This document shows positions 1 to 8,299 of a stretch of 64,000 nucleotides of DNA, in pieces. Where the stretch lies: the IMG/VR virus record IMGVR_UViG_3300042893_000684, positions 40,427-104,426 of that record, one strand, 5' to 3'. The position numbers and the translations under genes were made by a program. The first letter of the stretch is position 1; each line of letters starts with the position of its first letter. The DNA comes from a virus. Below the pieces are notes generated by a model. The model had not been told where the DNA came from, did no database searches, and saw only the letters and a program-made list of their open reading frames with translations.

Positions 1-981
1 GACATTGGGTACATTGGGCATATCCCAGCAAAGACAATGCGTGTTCGCAGACTTAGAGATGGCTTCATTCAGCTGCTGTATGGCAAGGCTGTATTCTTTA
101 ATAACTTCGGCGAGAATGAAACAGAGAACCCAATCGCTGGTCAAGAAGATCGCCCAAATGAAATTATTCATTTTAAGAAGTACACACCAATGAATAACTA
201 TTATGGAATTCCAGACATCATTGCAGCACAGGTAGCCCTTGCTGGAAATGAATTATCTGGCCGTTACAATCTAGACTACTTTGAAAACAAAGCGGTCCCA
301 AGATATATTATTACAGTTAAGGGAGCAAAGCTTTCTCCAGAGTCAGAAAGAAAATTGCTTGAATTTTTCCAAGTTGGATTAAAGGGAAAGAATCACAGAT
401 CCCTATATGTTCCACTTCCAGCAGATAGCCCAGACTCAAAAGTTGAATTTAAAATGGAGCCTATTGAAGCGGGTAATCAAGAAGGATCATTTGAGAAATA
501 TCGTAAATCAAATAGAGACGAAATTCTACTTGCCCACCGTGTTCCAATTAATAAAATAGGAACTCCAGAGGGGGTTAATTTAGCGGTAGCCAGAGATGCT
601 GATAAGACATTTAAAGAGCAGGTTTGCCGACCAGCTCAAATGACCCTGGAGAAAAAAATTAATGCAATATTTGATGAAAAAACAGATGCCTTGACTTTAA
701 AGTTTAATGAATTAACTTTAACTGATGAAGACACTCAATCTCAAATAGATGAAAGATATTTAAGAATGCAGGTAATTACTCCAAATGAAGTTAGAATTAG
801 AAAAGGAATGATACCTGTTGAAGGCGGAGATAAAATGGTTGAATTAAAGCCCCAAGAGGCTGCTGATCAAAAAGCAACCGCTGGGAAAACCAGGGCCCGA
901 GATTCCGAAAGATCCGCATCCTCCTCAGATAAAGTGGGAGAAGGCCGAAATGCCAAAGGCGAAGGAAGACGGGTCGACTAA
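1..981 (+). CDS. Portal protein (5' end outside window)
   Basis: Portal-like motifs (EIIHFK...YYGIPD, N..YF.N.A.P, IT.NEVR); frame open from window edge; lies before protease and capsid. Confidence 0.85.
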   Translation, partial: DIGYIGHIPAKTMRVRRLRDGFIQLLYGKAVFFNNFGENETENPIAGQEDRPNEIIHFKKYTPMNNYYGIPDIIAAQVALAGNELSGRYNLDYFENKAVPRYIITVKGAKLSPESERKLLEFFQVGLKGKNHRSLYVPLPADSPDSKVEFKMEPIEAGNQEGSFEKYRKSNRDEILLAHRVPINKIGTPEGVNLAVARDADKTFKEQVCRPAQMTLEKKINAIFDEKTDALTLKFNELTLTDEDTQSQIDERYLRMQVITPNEVRIRKGMIPVEGGDKMVELKPQEAADQKATAGKTRARDSERSASSSDKVGEGRNAKGEGRRVD

Positions 982-998
982 GTCCACTCAACTGTTAT

Positions 999-1027
999 TT
1001 GCTTTATAGTCTATAACACTATAAAAT
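999..1027 (+). promoter_or_regulatory. Promoter TTGCTT-17-TAAAAT, leaderless to ATG 1035
   Basis: -35/-10 spacing 17; ATG 7 nt after -10; no SD. Confidence 0.6.
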
Positions 1028-1034
1028 TAAGCAT

Positions 1035-2387
1035 ATGAACATTGAAAAGTCTTTATGGACCAGTAACGGCAACGTTATTAATTTGTCGGTTCCTTTTACT
1101 AAAGTTAACCGTGAAAAGAGAACCGTATCTGGATTCGCAACCCTAGACAATGTTGATCAGACTGGTGATGTTGTAACAGCAGAATCAAGTCTCAAGGCAT
1201 TCGAAAATTTCCGTGGGAATATTCGTGAAATGCACGGATCAAATGCGGTAGGAAAGATGGTTTCATTTAAGCCAGAAACTTTTTATGATCCAAAGTCAAA
1301 AGAGTTCTTCAACGGAGTGTATGTAGATGCATACATCTCAAAGGGCGCACAAGACACCTGGGAGAAAGTTCTAGACGGAACTCTATCTGGATTCTCAATC
1401 GGCGGAAAGATTCTTGAGTCAGACAATGAAGTTAACAAGGCAAACGGTAAGACCGTAAGATTTATTAAGAACTATGAACTAATTGAACTTTCTATTGTTG
1501 ATTCACCAGCAAATGAACTTTGTAACATTCTTTCTATTCAGAAAGTAAATGGACAATACATTGCTAAGGGAATTGCAGTAGGTGTAGTAACTGAAAACAT
1601 ATTTTACTGTGCAGACAGTGATTCTGTTTTTATCTCAACAGATAAAACATACGACTCTCCAGTATCTGGAAAGCCAGCAGAATTAATAGGATGGGTTGAA
1701 AGCTCAGACGTTAATAAAGCAAAAGAGATAGATAAGATTCTTGATGCATATAAGCATTCAAGATTTACGTTGCCTGAAACACAAACAATTGCAAAACAGG
1801 CAAACGCAGAAGGAGGTAATGAAATGTCAGATAATACAGAAAACGTAGTTGTCGAAGATGTTGCAGTAGAGGCACCAGCCGAAGCAGTAGCAGAAGAAGC
1901 AGCCGTTGAAGATACAGCAGTAGTTGCAGATGATGCAGCTCCAGCTGAAGCTCCTGCAGAAGCAGTAGCAGAAGACGTTCCTGCCGAGACTCTGGAAAAA
2001 GCAGCCGAAGTATCAGAAGATAAGGTTGATGAACCTGATTTTGCGAAGATGTTAGGCGATCTAAAAGGCTTTTTCTCAGAAACTCTAAACAAGGCATCTG
2101 AAGCAAATGCAGCACAAGTAACAACAATCCAAACGACTGTTGAAGCTTTCAGCAAGAGCGTAGATGCTAGAATTTCAGAGTTGGCAGAACAACACACAGC
2201 ACTTTCAAGCGCTGTAAATAACATCAAGAGCACGATTGATGGTGTACAAAAGCGTGTCGACGCAGTAGAATCAGAGACTGCATTTAAGAAGTCTTCAGAT
2301 CTTGGCCGATCAGAAGAAGCAACAACAATCAAAAAATCTAAATGGAACGGTTCTTTCCTCGGTTCCGTAAACGAAATATTCAACTAA
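1035..2387 (+). CDS. HK97-type prohead protease fused to scaffold domain
   Basis: GFA..DNVDQTGD, REMH, GFSIGG, ELSIVD.PAN protease motifs; acidic Ala/Glu-rich coiled-coil C-terminal half. Confidence 0.85.
   Translation: MNIEKSLWTSNGNVINLSVPFTKVNREKRTVSGFATLDNVDQTGDVVTAESSLKAFENFRGNIREMHGSNAVGKMVSFKPETFYDPKSKEFFNGVYVDAYISKGAQDTWEKVLDGTLSGFSIGGKILESDNEVNKANGKTVRFIKNYELIELSIVDSPANELCNILSIQKVNGQYIAKGIAVGVVTENIFYCADSDSVFISTDKTYDSPVSGKPAELIGWVESSDVNKAKEIDKILDAYKHSRFTLPETQTIAKQANAEGGNEMSDNTENVVVEDVAVEAPAEAVAEEAAVEDTAVVADDAAPAEAPAEAVAEDVPAETLEKAAEVSEDKVDEPDFAKMLGDLKGFFSETLNKASEANAAQVTTIQTTVEAFSKSVDARISELAEQHTALSSAVNNIKSTIDGVQKRVDAVESETAFKKSSDLGRSEEATTIKKSKWNGSFLGSVNEIFN
1824..2387 (+). CDS. Probable nested scaffolding protein (internal in-frame start)
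   Basis: AGGAGGT at 1811-1817 then in-frame ATG 1824. Confidence 0.6.
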   Translation: MSDNTENVVVEDVAVEAPAEAVAEEAAVEDTAVVADDAAPAEAPAEAVAEDVPAETLEKAAEVSEDKVDEPDFAKMLGDLKGFFSETLNKASEANAAQVTTIQTTVEAFSKSVDARISELAEQHTALSSAVNNIKSTIDGVQKRVDAVESETAFKKSSDLGRSEEATTIKKSKWNGSFLGSVNEIFN

Positions 2388-2400
2388 GGTAGGTATAAAA

Positions 2401-3450
2401 ATGAGCAATGAAACATTAGAAAAGGCCGTAGCAGCTGGTACTCAGGTATCAACAGGATTCGGTTCAGCAACTGGTGGAACAGGAGTACACGTAGCGTCTG
2501 AAAATGGCAACGGTGGACTACTCAACCCAGAGCAGTCTGCTCGCTTCCTTGATTATATGTTCGACGCAACCGTTATCGGTAAGGTCGCACGTACAGTTCG
2601 TATGAAGTCAGACACAGCCGAGATTGACCGTATGTCCGTTGGTGAGAAGCTTATGAAGCTTGCAACCGAGGCAGACAACACTGGTGTAAATGCACCAGTA
2701 ACTTTCTCAAAAATCTCTTTAACAACAAAGAAACTCCGCATGGACTGGGAGCTTTCAACAGAGTCTCTAGAAGATAACATCGAAGGTGCAGATCTAGAAG
2801 ATCACATTGCACGTTTGATGGCAACACAAGCAGGAAATGACATCGAAGATGTTATTCTTAACGGTGACACACTTCTAACAGCAGACGGTCTTTACAAGTC
2901 ATTCGATGGCGTTGTAAAGAAGGCAAAGGCATCAGGCCGTGTCGTAGACGCAGCAGGAGCCGCAGTATCACGTGAAGTATTCAACAAGGCACTTAAGGCT
3001 ATGCCACGTAAGTACAAGCAACGTCGTGGAGACCTTCGCTTCCTTGCTGGATCAAACTTGATTCAGGATTTCCTATATGCTAACAGCATTGGAACAAACC
3101 AAACAATTCCACAAGATATCGCTTCAAGCGTTATCCGTGGTGGAGTTGCACCACTAGGTGGACCAGCAGGATACGTGGCACCATTCGCATTCGGTATTCC
3201 GATTGTTGAAGTTCCACTTCTTAATGAAACACAGACTGGTACATACGCAACACCAACAGGTTCACACGGAGATATCCACTTGACATTCCCAAATAACGTA
3301 GTTATTGGTATCAAGCGTGACGTAACCGTTTACCGCTTCTTCCAGCCACGTAAGGACACAATCGAGTACACAATGTATACTCGTGTTGGAGTTCAAATCG
3401 AGCAGGCAGACGCTTGGGTAGTTGTAAAGAACGTTAAGGTTGCTTCTTAA
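2401..3450 (+). CDS. Major capsid protein (HK97 fold)
   Basis: Position after protease; GGLLNPEQ..RF, E.LEDNIEG motifs; followed by terminator. Confidence 0.9.
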   Translation: MSNETLEKAVAAGTQVSTGFGSATGGTGVHVASENGNGGLLNPEQSARFLDYMFDATVIGKVARTVRMKSDTAEIDRMSVGEKLMKLATEADNTGVNAPVTFSKISLTTKKLRMDWELSTESLEDNIEGADLEDHIARLMATQAGNDIEDVILNGDTLLTADGLYKSFDGVVKKAKASGRVVDAAGAAVSREVFNKALKAMPRKYKQRRGDLRFLAGSNLIQDFLYANSIGTNQTIPQDIASSVIRGGVAPLGGPAGYVAPFAFGIPIVEVPLLNETQTGTYATPTGSHGDIHLTFPNNVVIGIKRDVTVYRFFQPRKDTIEYTMYTRVGVQIEQADAWVVVKNVKVAS

Positions 3451-3475
3451 TTAATTTAAGATAAAACCCTCGAAA

Positions 3476-3502
3476 GGCCCCTAATTAATTTTAGGGGCTT
3501 TT
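3476..3502 (+). terminator. Rho-independent terminator
   Basis: GCCCCTAA-loop-TTAGGGGC followed by T-tract. Confidence 0.8.
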
Positions 3503-3552
3503 CATTTTAATTTATCAATGCTATAATTGAAGAACCTAACAAAGGAGATAAT

Positions 3553-3960
3553 ATGTCATTTGAGACATTGAAGGTCGCAGAACTCAGAAAAATTGCAGAG
3601 GACTTTGCAGTTGATACTGATGGAATTAAGAGTAAGGCAGATATCGTTGCCGCCCTTGCAGAAGAGGGAGTTACATGGTCTGTCTATCAAAAAACTATTA
3701 AAGATATCGAAGACGCAACAGATGAATTTAACGAAGACGCAGAAGAGATTCTTCCTAGATTTAGCCTAGATGCTCAGCCAGAAGATACGGTTCTAGTTCG
3801 AATGACTAGAGAAAACTTCAGATACGATATCATTGGATTTACATTTACAAAAGAGCACCCTTTTATTGCAATGACAGAAGAAAATGCTCAAGAAATTTTT
3901 GATAAGGAGGAGGGCTTTAGATTAGCAACTCCAAAGGAAGTTCAGGAGTATTACAACTAA
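3553..3960 (+). CDS. Hypothetical protein, N-terminal Rho-N/HeH-like motif
   Basis: LKVAELRKIA...KADIV pattern; SD AAGGAG; extended -10 TGCTATAAT upstream. Confidence 0.55.
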   Translation: MSFETLKVAELRKIAEDFAVDTDGIKSKADIVAALAEEGVTWSVYQKTIKDIEDATDEFNEDAEEILPRFSLDAQPEDTVLVRMTRENFRYDIIGFTFTKEHPFIAMTEENAQEIFDKEEGFRLATPKEVQEYYN

Positions 3961-3974
3961 TCTAAGCTTATAAA

Positions 3975-4961
3975 ATGGCAGAGATATATGTAAACAGCAA
4001 TTCACCGATCAGAACAAAGATCTACTGGGAGGGTGAATTAGCATCCCCTACGGGTAACGTAACGGCAAAGGTTTATGACATTACTCAAAACCCTGCTAAC
4101 GTTATATCTTCTACCAATTTATTACTTACTCTAACAGGAACAGCCGTTGAAACAGATGTCGGCACATATCAAGTTGTGCTACCGTTTTCCTATTCTGCAT
4201 ATCCCAGAAAGCTAAAGCTCGTCTGGGAATACGCAGTAGCTGGATCAACAGTGGGAACTCATACAACTTATGTGAATGTTGTAACCCCATACGTTTCTAT
4301 CAATGAGCAAATAGATGAATTAAACTTTGGGTCGGATCCAAGTGATCCTAACTACAAGACATACTCAGACCTCCAGATGGCTGAGAGATATGCAAGAAAA
4401 TTAATTGAAGAATACACTCAGCAAGAATTCTACCTGTATCCAGACACAAAGATTATATACGGAGACGAATCAGATACTCTACCCCTATCATCTAAAATAA
4501 ATCGGATATACCAGATTTATTCTAACGATATACTTCTTGTAGATAACCTTGCTACACCAAAGGTAAACAACTGGCTATATGACCCAATTGTTTCAGAAAC
4601 AGGTTTTGGAATAAGAGTTAATAGAGTAAACCTATTAGACAATTCAGTATATGTTGCAAATGGTTTAGTTCCTCCAACAATTAATGATACATATAATGGA
4701 GTCTTTTCTAAGAACGTTAAGTATAAGATCGTTGGCGAATTTGGATGGGATTTAGTTCCCGCTCAAGTGCAGATGGCAACAGTTGAACTAATGAAAGACT
4801 ATTTCTCAAAGGACAAAGTCTGGAGAAATAAGTACATTAAATCCATTAAGACATTTGACTGGAGTTTTGAATATAACAGCTCAGCATCAAAAGGAACTGG
4901 CAATCTATATGCAGATCAATTGCTTGCTCCACATGTTATATCTCAAATGGTCCTTATCTAA
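3975..4961 (+). CDS. Head-tail adaptor/connector
   Basis: Position; AR.LIE.YT.Q.F and G.FGW..VP..V..A motifs. Confidence 0.65.
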   Translation: MAEIYVNSNSPIRTKIYWEGELASPTGNVTAKVYDITQNPANVISSTNLLLTLTGTAVETDVGTYQVVLPFSYSAYPRKLKLVWEYAVAGSTVGTHTTYVNVVTPYVSINEQIDELNFGSDPSDPNYKTYSDLQMAERYARKLIEEYTQQEFYLYPDTKIIYGDESDTLPLSSKINRIYQIYSNDILLVDNLATPKVNNWLYDPIVSETGFGIRVNRVNLLDNSVYVANGLVPPTINDTYNGVFSKNVKYKIVGEFGWDLVPAQVQMATVELMKDYFSKDKVWRNKYIKSIKTFDWSFEYNSSASKGTGNLYADQLLAPHVISQMVLI

Positions 4962-5389
4962 TGTATGATCTTGTCGACTCCGTTCTTCCAATGCTTATTG
5001 ATGTATATAGGCAATTTGAAACACAGGACCCAGCGACGGGATCTTTAAAGAAAGACTGGCAATTTAATAGAACAGTTGCATGCAGCGCAAAAGGAACTAT
5101 TAGTAATTCTACAGCCAGCAGATCTGGAGACAAGCAGACCTTTTCAAACAAATATGTTAATGAGCAGATGATTCAAATAAGAACTACATCCAAATTAGTA
5201 TTTAACGAAAAGGTTACAAACATTAGAAATTTAGACGGAACTGTTATTTGGGAAGAGATTAACTTTCCAAGCAACACGCCAACAGTATTTGAAGTAATGG
5301 GAGTTACTCCAATTACAGAGCCGATGGGCGGAATTATTGGTTACAATACAACCGTTAAAAGATCGGAGAATCAGGTAATTGGACAGTAG
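4961..5389 (+). CDS. Head closure/stopper protein (putative)
   Basis: Synteny and size. Confidence 0.5.
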   Translation: MYDLVDSVLPMLIDVYRQFETQDPATGSLKKDWQFNRTVACSAKGTISNSTASRSGDKQTFSNKYVNEQMIQIRTTSKLVFNEKVTNIRNLDGTVIWEEINFPSNTPTVFEVMGVTPITEPMGGIIGYNTTVKRSENQVIGQ

Positions 5390-6167
5390 CGTAGCATTAT
5401 TACAAACAGCCAGCGGTCTTGAAAGATTGATGGCAGGATCAGTTCCAGGAGTAATAAAAGATAGCACCGTGGCTCAAGTATCTGCATTTTTGTATTATGA
5501 AGCAGCTGTTATTGCCAAGCTAACAACAAATGCTGAATTTAAAAATTTATTTAAAACAACCATATTTAATCAAATAGAAAAAGATTTTGGTCAGTACGTT
5601 GATGCCCAAGCAAGAGTAAAGCCTAAAAGCCTTCACCATGTATACGAGTGGAATAAAACTGGCAACCCAACAGCAAGGCTTTTCAACCTATATCTAATAG
5701 ATTCTGAAGGCCTTTCATTTAGAGTAGGCCGTGATTTTAAACTATCTAAATCAACAGTACCGTCTAAAAATAAAAAACAAAAGAATAGATATGTATTTGC
5801 TAATAAAGCTTCCGTAATGGAAGAAGGAATGCCCATAGTAATTCGACCAAGATCCGCAGAACGCCTAGTATTTGAATTAGATGGTGCAACAGTCTTTATG
5901 CCCAAAGGCACCTCAGTTACAGTCAAGAGGCCAGGAGGCAAGGCTGCAACAAATCAATTTGCACTCACATACGGAAGATTCTTTGGAGGTCAACCAGTAA
6001 ACTCCTCAATAAAGTCTTCAGGGTTTCAAAGAATATTTAATGCTAAGATTGCAAGAGCATTGAGTGTACCAACTAATATTAAAAAGGTGCAGTATAGCTT
6101 CAGTGCTGGTAAAATAAGAGTGCAGGCAGATGCAGCATTAAGCTCATCATTTGGAGGGTCACTATGA
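5379..6167 (+). CDS. Neck/tail-completion protein (putative)
   Basis: Synteny; overlapping starts and stops. Confidence 0.45.
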   Translation: MDSSVALLQTASGLERLMAGSVPGVIKDSTVAQVSAFLYYEAAVIAKLTTNAEFKNLFKTTIFNQIEKDFGQYVDAQARVKPKSLHHVYEWNKTGNPTARLFNLYLIDSEGLSFRVGRDFKLSKSTVPSKNKKQKNRYVFANKASVMEEGMPIVIRPRSAERLVFELDGATVFMPKGTSVTVKRPGGKAATNQFALTYGRFFGGQPVNSSIKSSGFQRIFNAKIARALSVPTNIKKVQYSFSAGKIRVQADAALSSSFGGSL

Positions 6168-6673
6168 CAGTAGATTATAAAATAGACGCAATGTTTGAGC
6201 TTCGCAAGTTCTTGTGGACCCAATTAAAACTTACTGGACTATTTGATCCAGACGACTACTACTCAGATAATCTAGGATCTGAGATAGTACCTATTATTCC
6301 AGTTCAGCAATTACCAGAAATGGATCAATTCCTAAACGGTAAAAAGCATATCGTATATGACAAGATCGGAATGTCCTATGAAGAGAACTGGCTGATATGC
6401 TGCGAAAAGGTTTTGTTTACCATATACTCAACAGATATAACAGAGATATATGAGATAAGAAACCTAATGACTGACCTGTTTAGAAGAATGGACGAATCTG
6501 CAAAAGATGTCAATTCTTTAAAGACCACCAACAAATTAATTTTCCACAGCATTCATATTACAGAAACTTCTCCAATTGACCCATCCCTTGAACTTCAGGG
6601 CTTTTTGTCATCAGACGTAATACTAGAGGTCAAGTACTCCAGAGTCACCGACGGACTAGGTAGATTTGCCTAG
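6164..6673 (+). CDS. Tail terminator protein (putative)
   Basis: Directly precedes major tail gene. Confidence 0.5.
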   Translation: MTVDYKIDAMFELRKFLWTQLKLTGLFDPDDYYSDNLGSEIVPIIPVQQLPEMDQFLNGKKHIVYDKIGMSYEENWLICCEKVLFTIYSTDITEIYEIRNLMTDLFRRMDESAKDVNSLKTTNKLIFHSIHITETSPIDPSLELQGFLSSDVILEVKYSRVTDGLGRFA

Positions 6674-6702
6674 TTGCTTTTAAAGGGTTAATCCAGTAAA
6701 AT
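6674..6702 (+). promoter_or_regulatory. Promoter TTGCTT-17-TAAAAT for major tail gene
   Basis: Same hexamers and spacing as 999-1027. Confidence 0.6.
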
Positions 6703-6786
6703 TGGACATAAGAGGAAATGAGCCTAGCCAGCTTGATTTAAAGTAAGTCAATATATATATATTTATTTAACAGGAGGTTTTACAAC

Positions 6787-7524
6787 ATGGCACAAAATAT
6801 TGGTAATGCTAGAAATATTCTTGTCGGTGCGTCTCCACTGTTTCTTTCAGTAACAGACATCACCAGCCCAGATTATGTAGTTTCTGCACCAGCAGGAACA
6901 CTAAACGCATTTGCAGCAAACAAGAATAAGACAGTCCCAGCATTTAAAACAGGAGAGTCTTACACAGATTCTTTGAACAAGGTTGATGTTACAACAGCAG
7001 CAACTGGTGCGGTATCACCAGCCCTTGACACAAAGGGTGCATTTTACCGTAACGTAGGTTACACAAATAACGGTCTTCAGGTTACATACAACCCATCATA
7101 CGGTTCAGTAACAGTAGATCAGCTTCTTGATACAGCAAAGCTTTTCAAGGAGTCAATGGAAGTTATGATCGCAACAGAAATGGCAGAAGGTACTCTTGAG
7201 AACGTTCTTGCCGTATTTGGTCAGAAGTCAGATACACTTACAGATTCTGGTAAGAAGCTAGGTATCGCAGGTGGAGCTCTTGGTGAAGCACCAACAGAGC
7301 GTCAGCTAATTGCAGTTGGTCAAGCACCAACTTCAACAACAGATACTGCAACTGAGCGTGTATATTATGCACGTCGTGTTCTTTCTGTACAACAGTCACA
7401 GTTCTCTTTGGCTCGTAACGCAGCATCAACATTCCCAGTAACATTCCGTTTGCTACCATCAGGTGATTCATCACACGTAGGTCAGGAATATGGTTTCATC
7501 GTAGACCGTGTTCTATCAGTGTAA
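6787..7524 (+). CDS. Major tail (tube) protein
   Basis: NILVGA, VGYT..G, VTVDQ, F.VTFR motifs; SD AGGAGG; terminator after. Confidence 0.8.
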   Translation: MAQNIGNARNILVGASPLFLSVTDITSPDYVVSAPAGTLNAFAANKNKTVPAFKTGESYTDSLNKVDVTTAATGAVSPALDTKGAFYRNVGYTNNGLQVTYNPSYGSVTVDQLLDTAKLFKESMEVMIATEMAEGTLENVLAVFGQKSDTLTDSGKKLGIAGGALGEAPTERQLIAVGQAPTSTTDTATERVYYARRVLSVQQSQFSLARNAASTFPVTFRLLPSGDSSHVGQEYGFIVDRVLSV

Positions 7525-7543
7525 TTAATTTAATTAATTAATA

Positions 7544-7570
7544 GAGCCCCCCAAGAAATTGGGGGGTTTT
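7544..7570 (+). terminator. Rho-independent terminator
   Basis: CCCCCCAA/TTGGGGGG stem plus TTTT. Confidence 0.8.
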
Positions 7571-7628
7571 CTATTGCTCTTGTATTTTGAATATGATACA
7601 ATAATTAAGACGATCCTAGGAGGATTAA

Positions 7629-7961
7629 ATGGCAACAACAGTATACGATGTTGAAGAAATTCAACTACAAAATGGCGCAACAGTTAAGCTCAAGCCTTTA
7701 ACAATTAAAGAGCTACGTGAGTTTATGAAGGTCATTCAAAGAACACAAGAAGTAACATCAGAAGATGAAACACTAACAATCCTTATTGAGGCCTGTGGAG
7801 TAGCACTAAAAAAGCAGCTTCCAGATCTTGTAGCAGACAAAGACGCATTTGAAGACACACTTGACGTTCCAACCATCAATCGCATTCTAGAAGTATGCGG
7901 AGGGATTAAGATGGACGACCCAAACCTACTAGCGGCAGCGGTTCTGGCTGGTCAGAACTAG
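7629..7961 (+). CDS. Tail assembly chaperone (G)
   Basis: Between tail tube and tape measure genes. Confidence 0.75.
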   Translation: MATTVYDVEEIQLQNGATVKLKPLTIKELREFMKVIQRTQEVTSEDETLTILIEACGVALKKQLPDLVADKDAFEDTLDVPTINRILEVCGGIKMDDPNLLAAAVLAGQN

Positions 7962-8290
7962 ATCTAGCCGCTTTAGAGGGGGAAGTATTTCTTCTAGGTA
8001 ATTGGAAAAATTACGAAGAACTAGAAGATAATCTTTCAATGCCAGAGATGGTCCAGACTTTTAAGTCAATGCAAAAAACGGAATCAGAAAAAAGGAAATT
8101 CCTAGCTTCGATTCAAGGTGTTGATTTAGATGAAAGCAGTAATAATGAGGAGGGATCATCCTTCGAAGATGTCAGAAGAAGAGCACTTGGTATAACCACA
8201 TCAGCAGATGATGTTGTTTCATTACAAGGTGGTCTTGCAGCAGAAGCTGGCTTTGGCATTAACGCAGGATTAGGATACCGAATAGAGTAA
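7919..8290 (+). CDS. Tail assembly chaperone T segment reached by -1 frameshift (G-T fusion)
   Basis: Slippery C CCA AAC at 7919-7925 in G frame; -1 frame open 7910-8290. Confidence 0.75.
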   Translation, partial: PKPTSGSGSGWSELDLAALEGEVFLLGNWKNYEELEDNLSMPEMVQTFKSMQKTESEKRKFLASIQGVDLDESSNNEEGSSFEDVRRRALGITTSADDVVSLQGGLAAEAGFGINAGLGYRIE

Positions 8291-8299
8291 CATATACAT

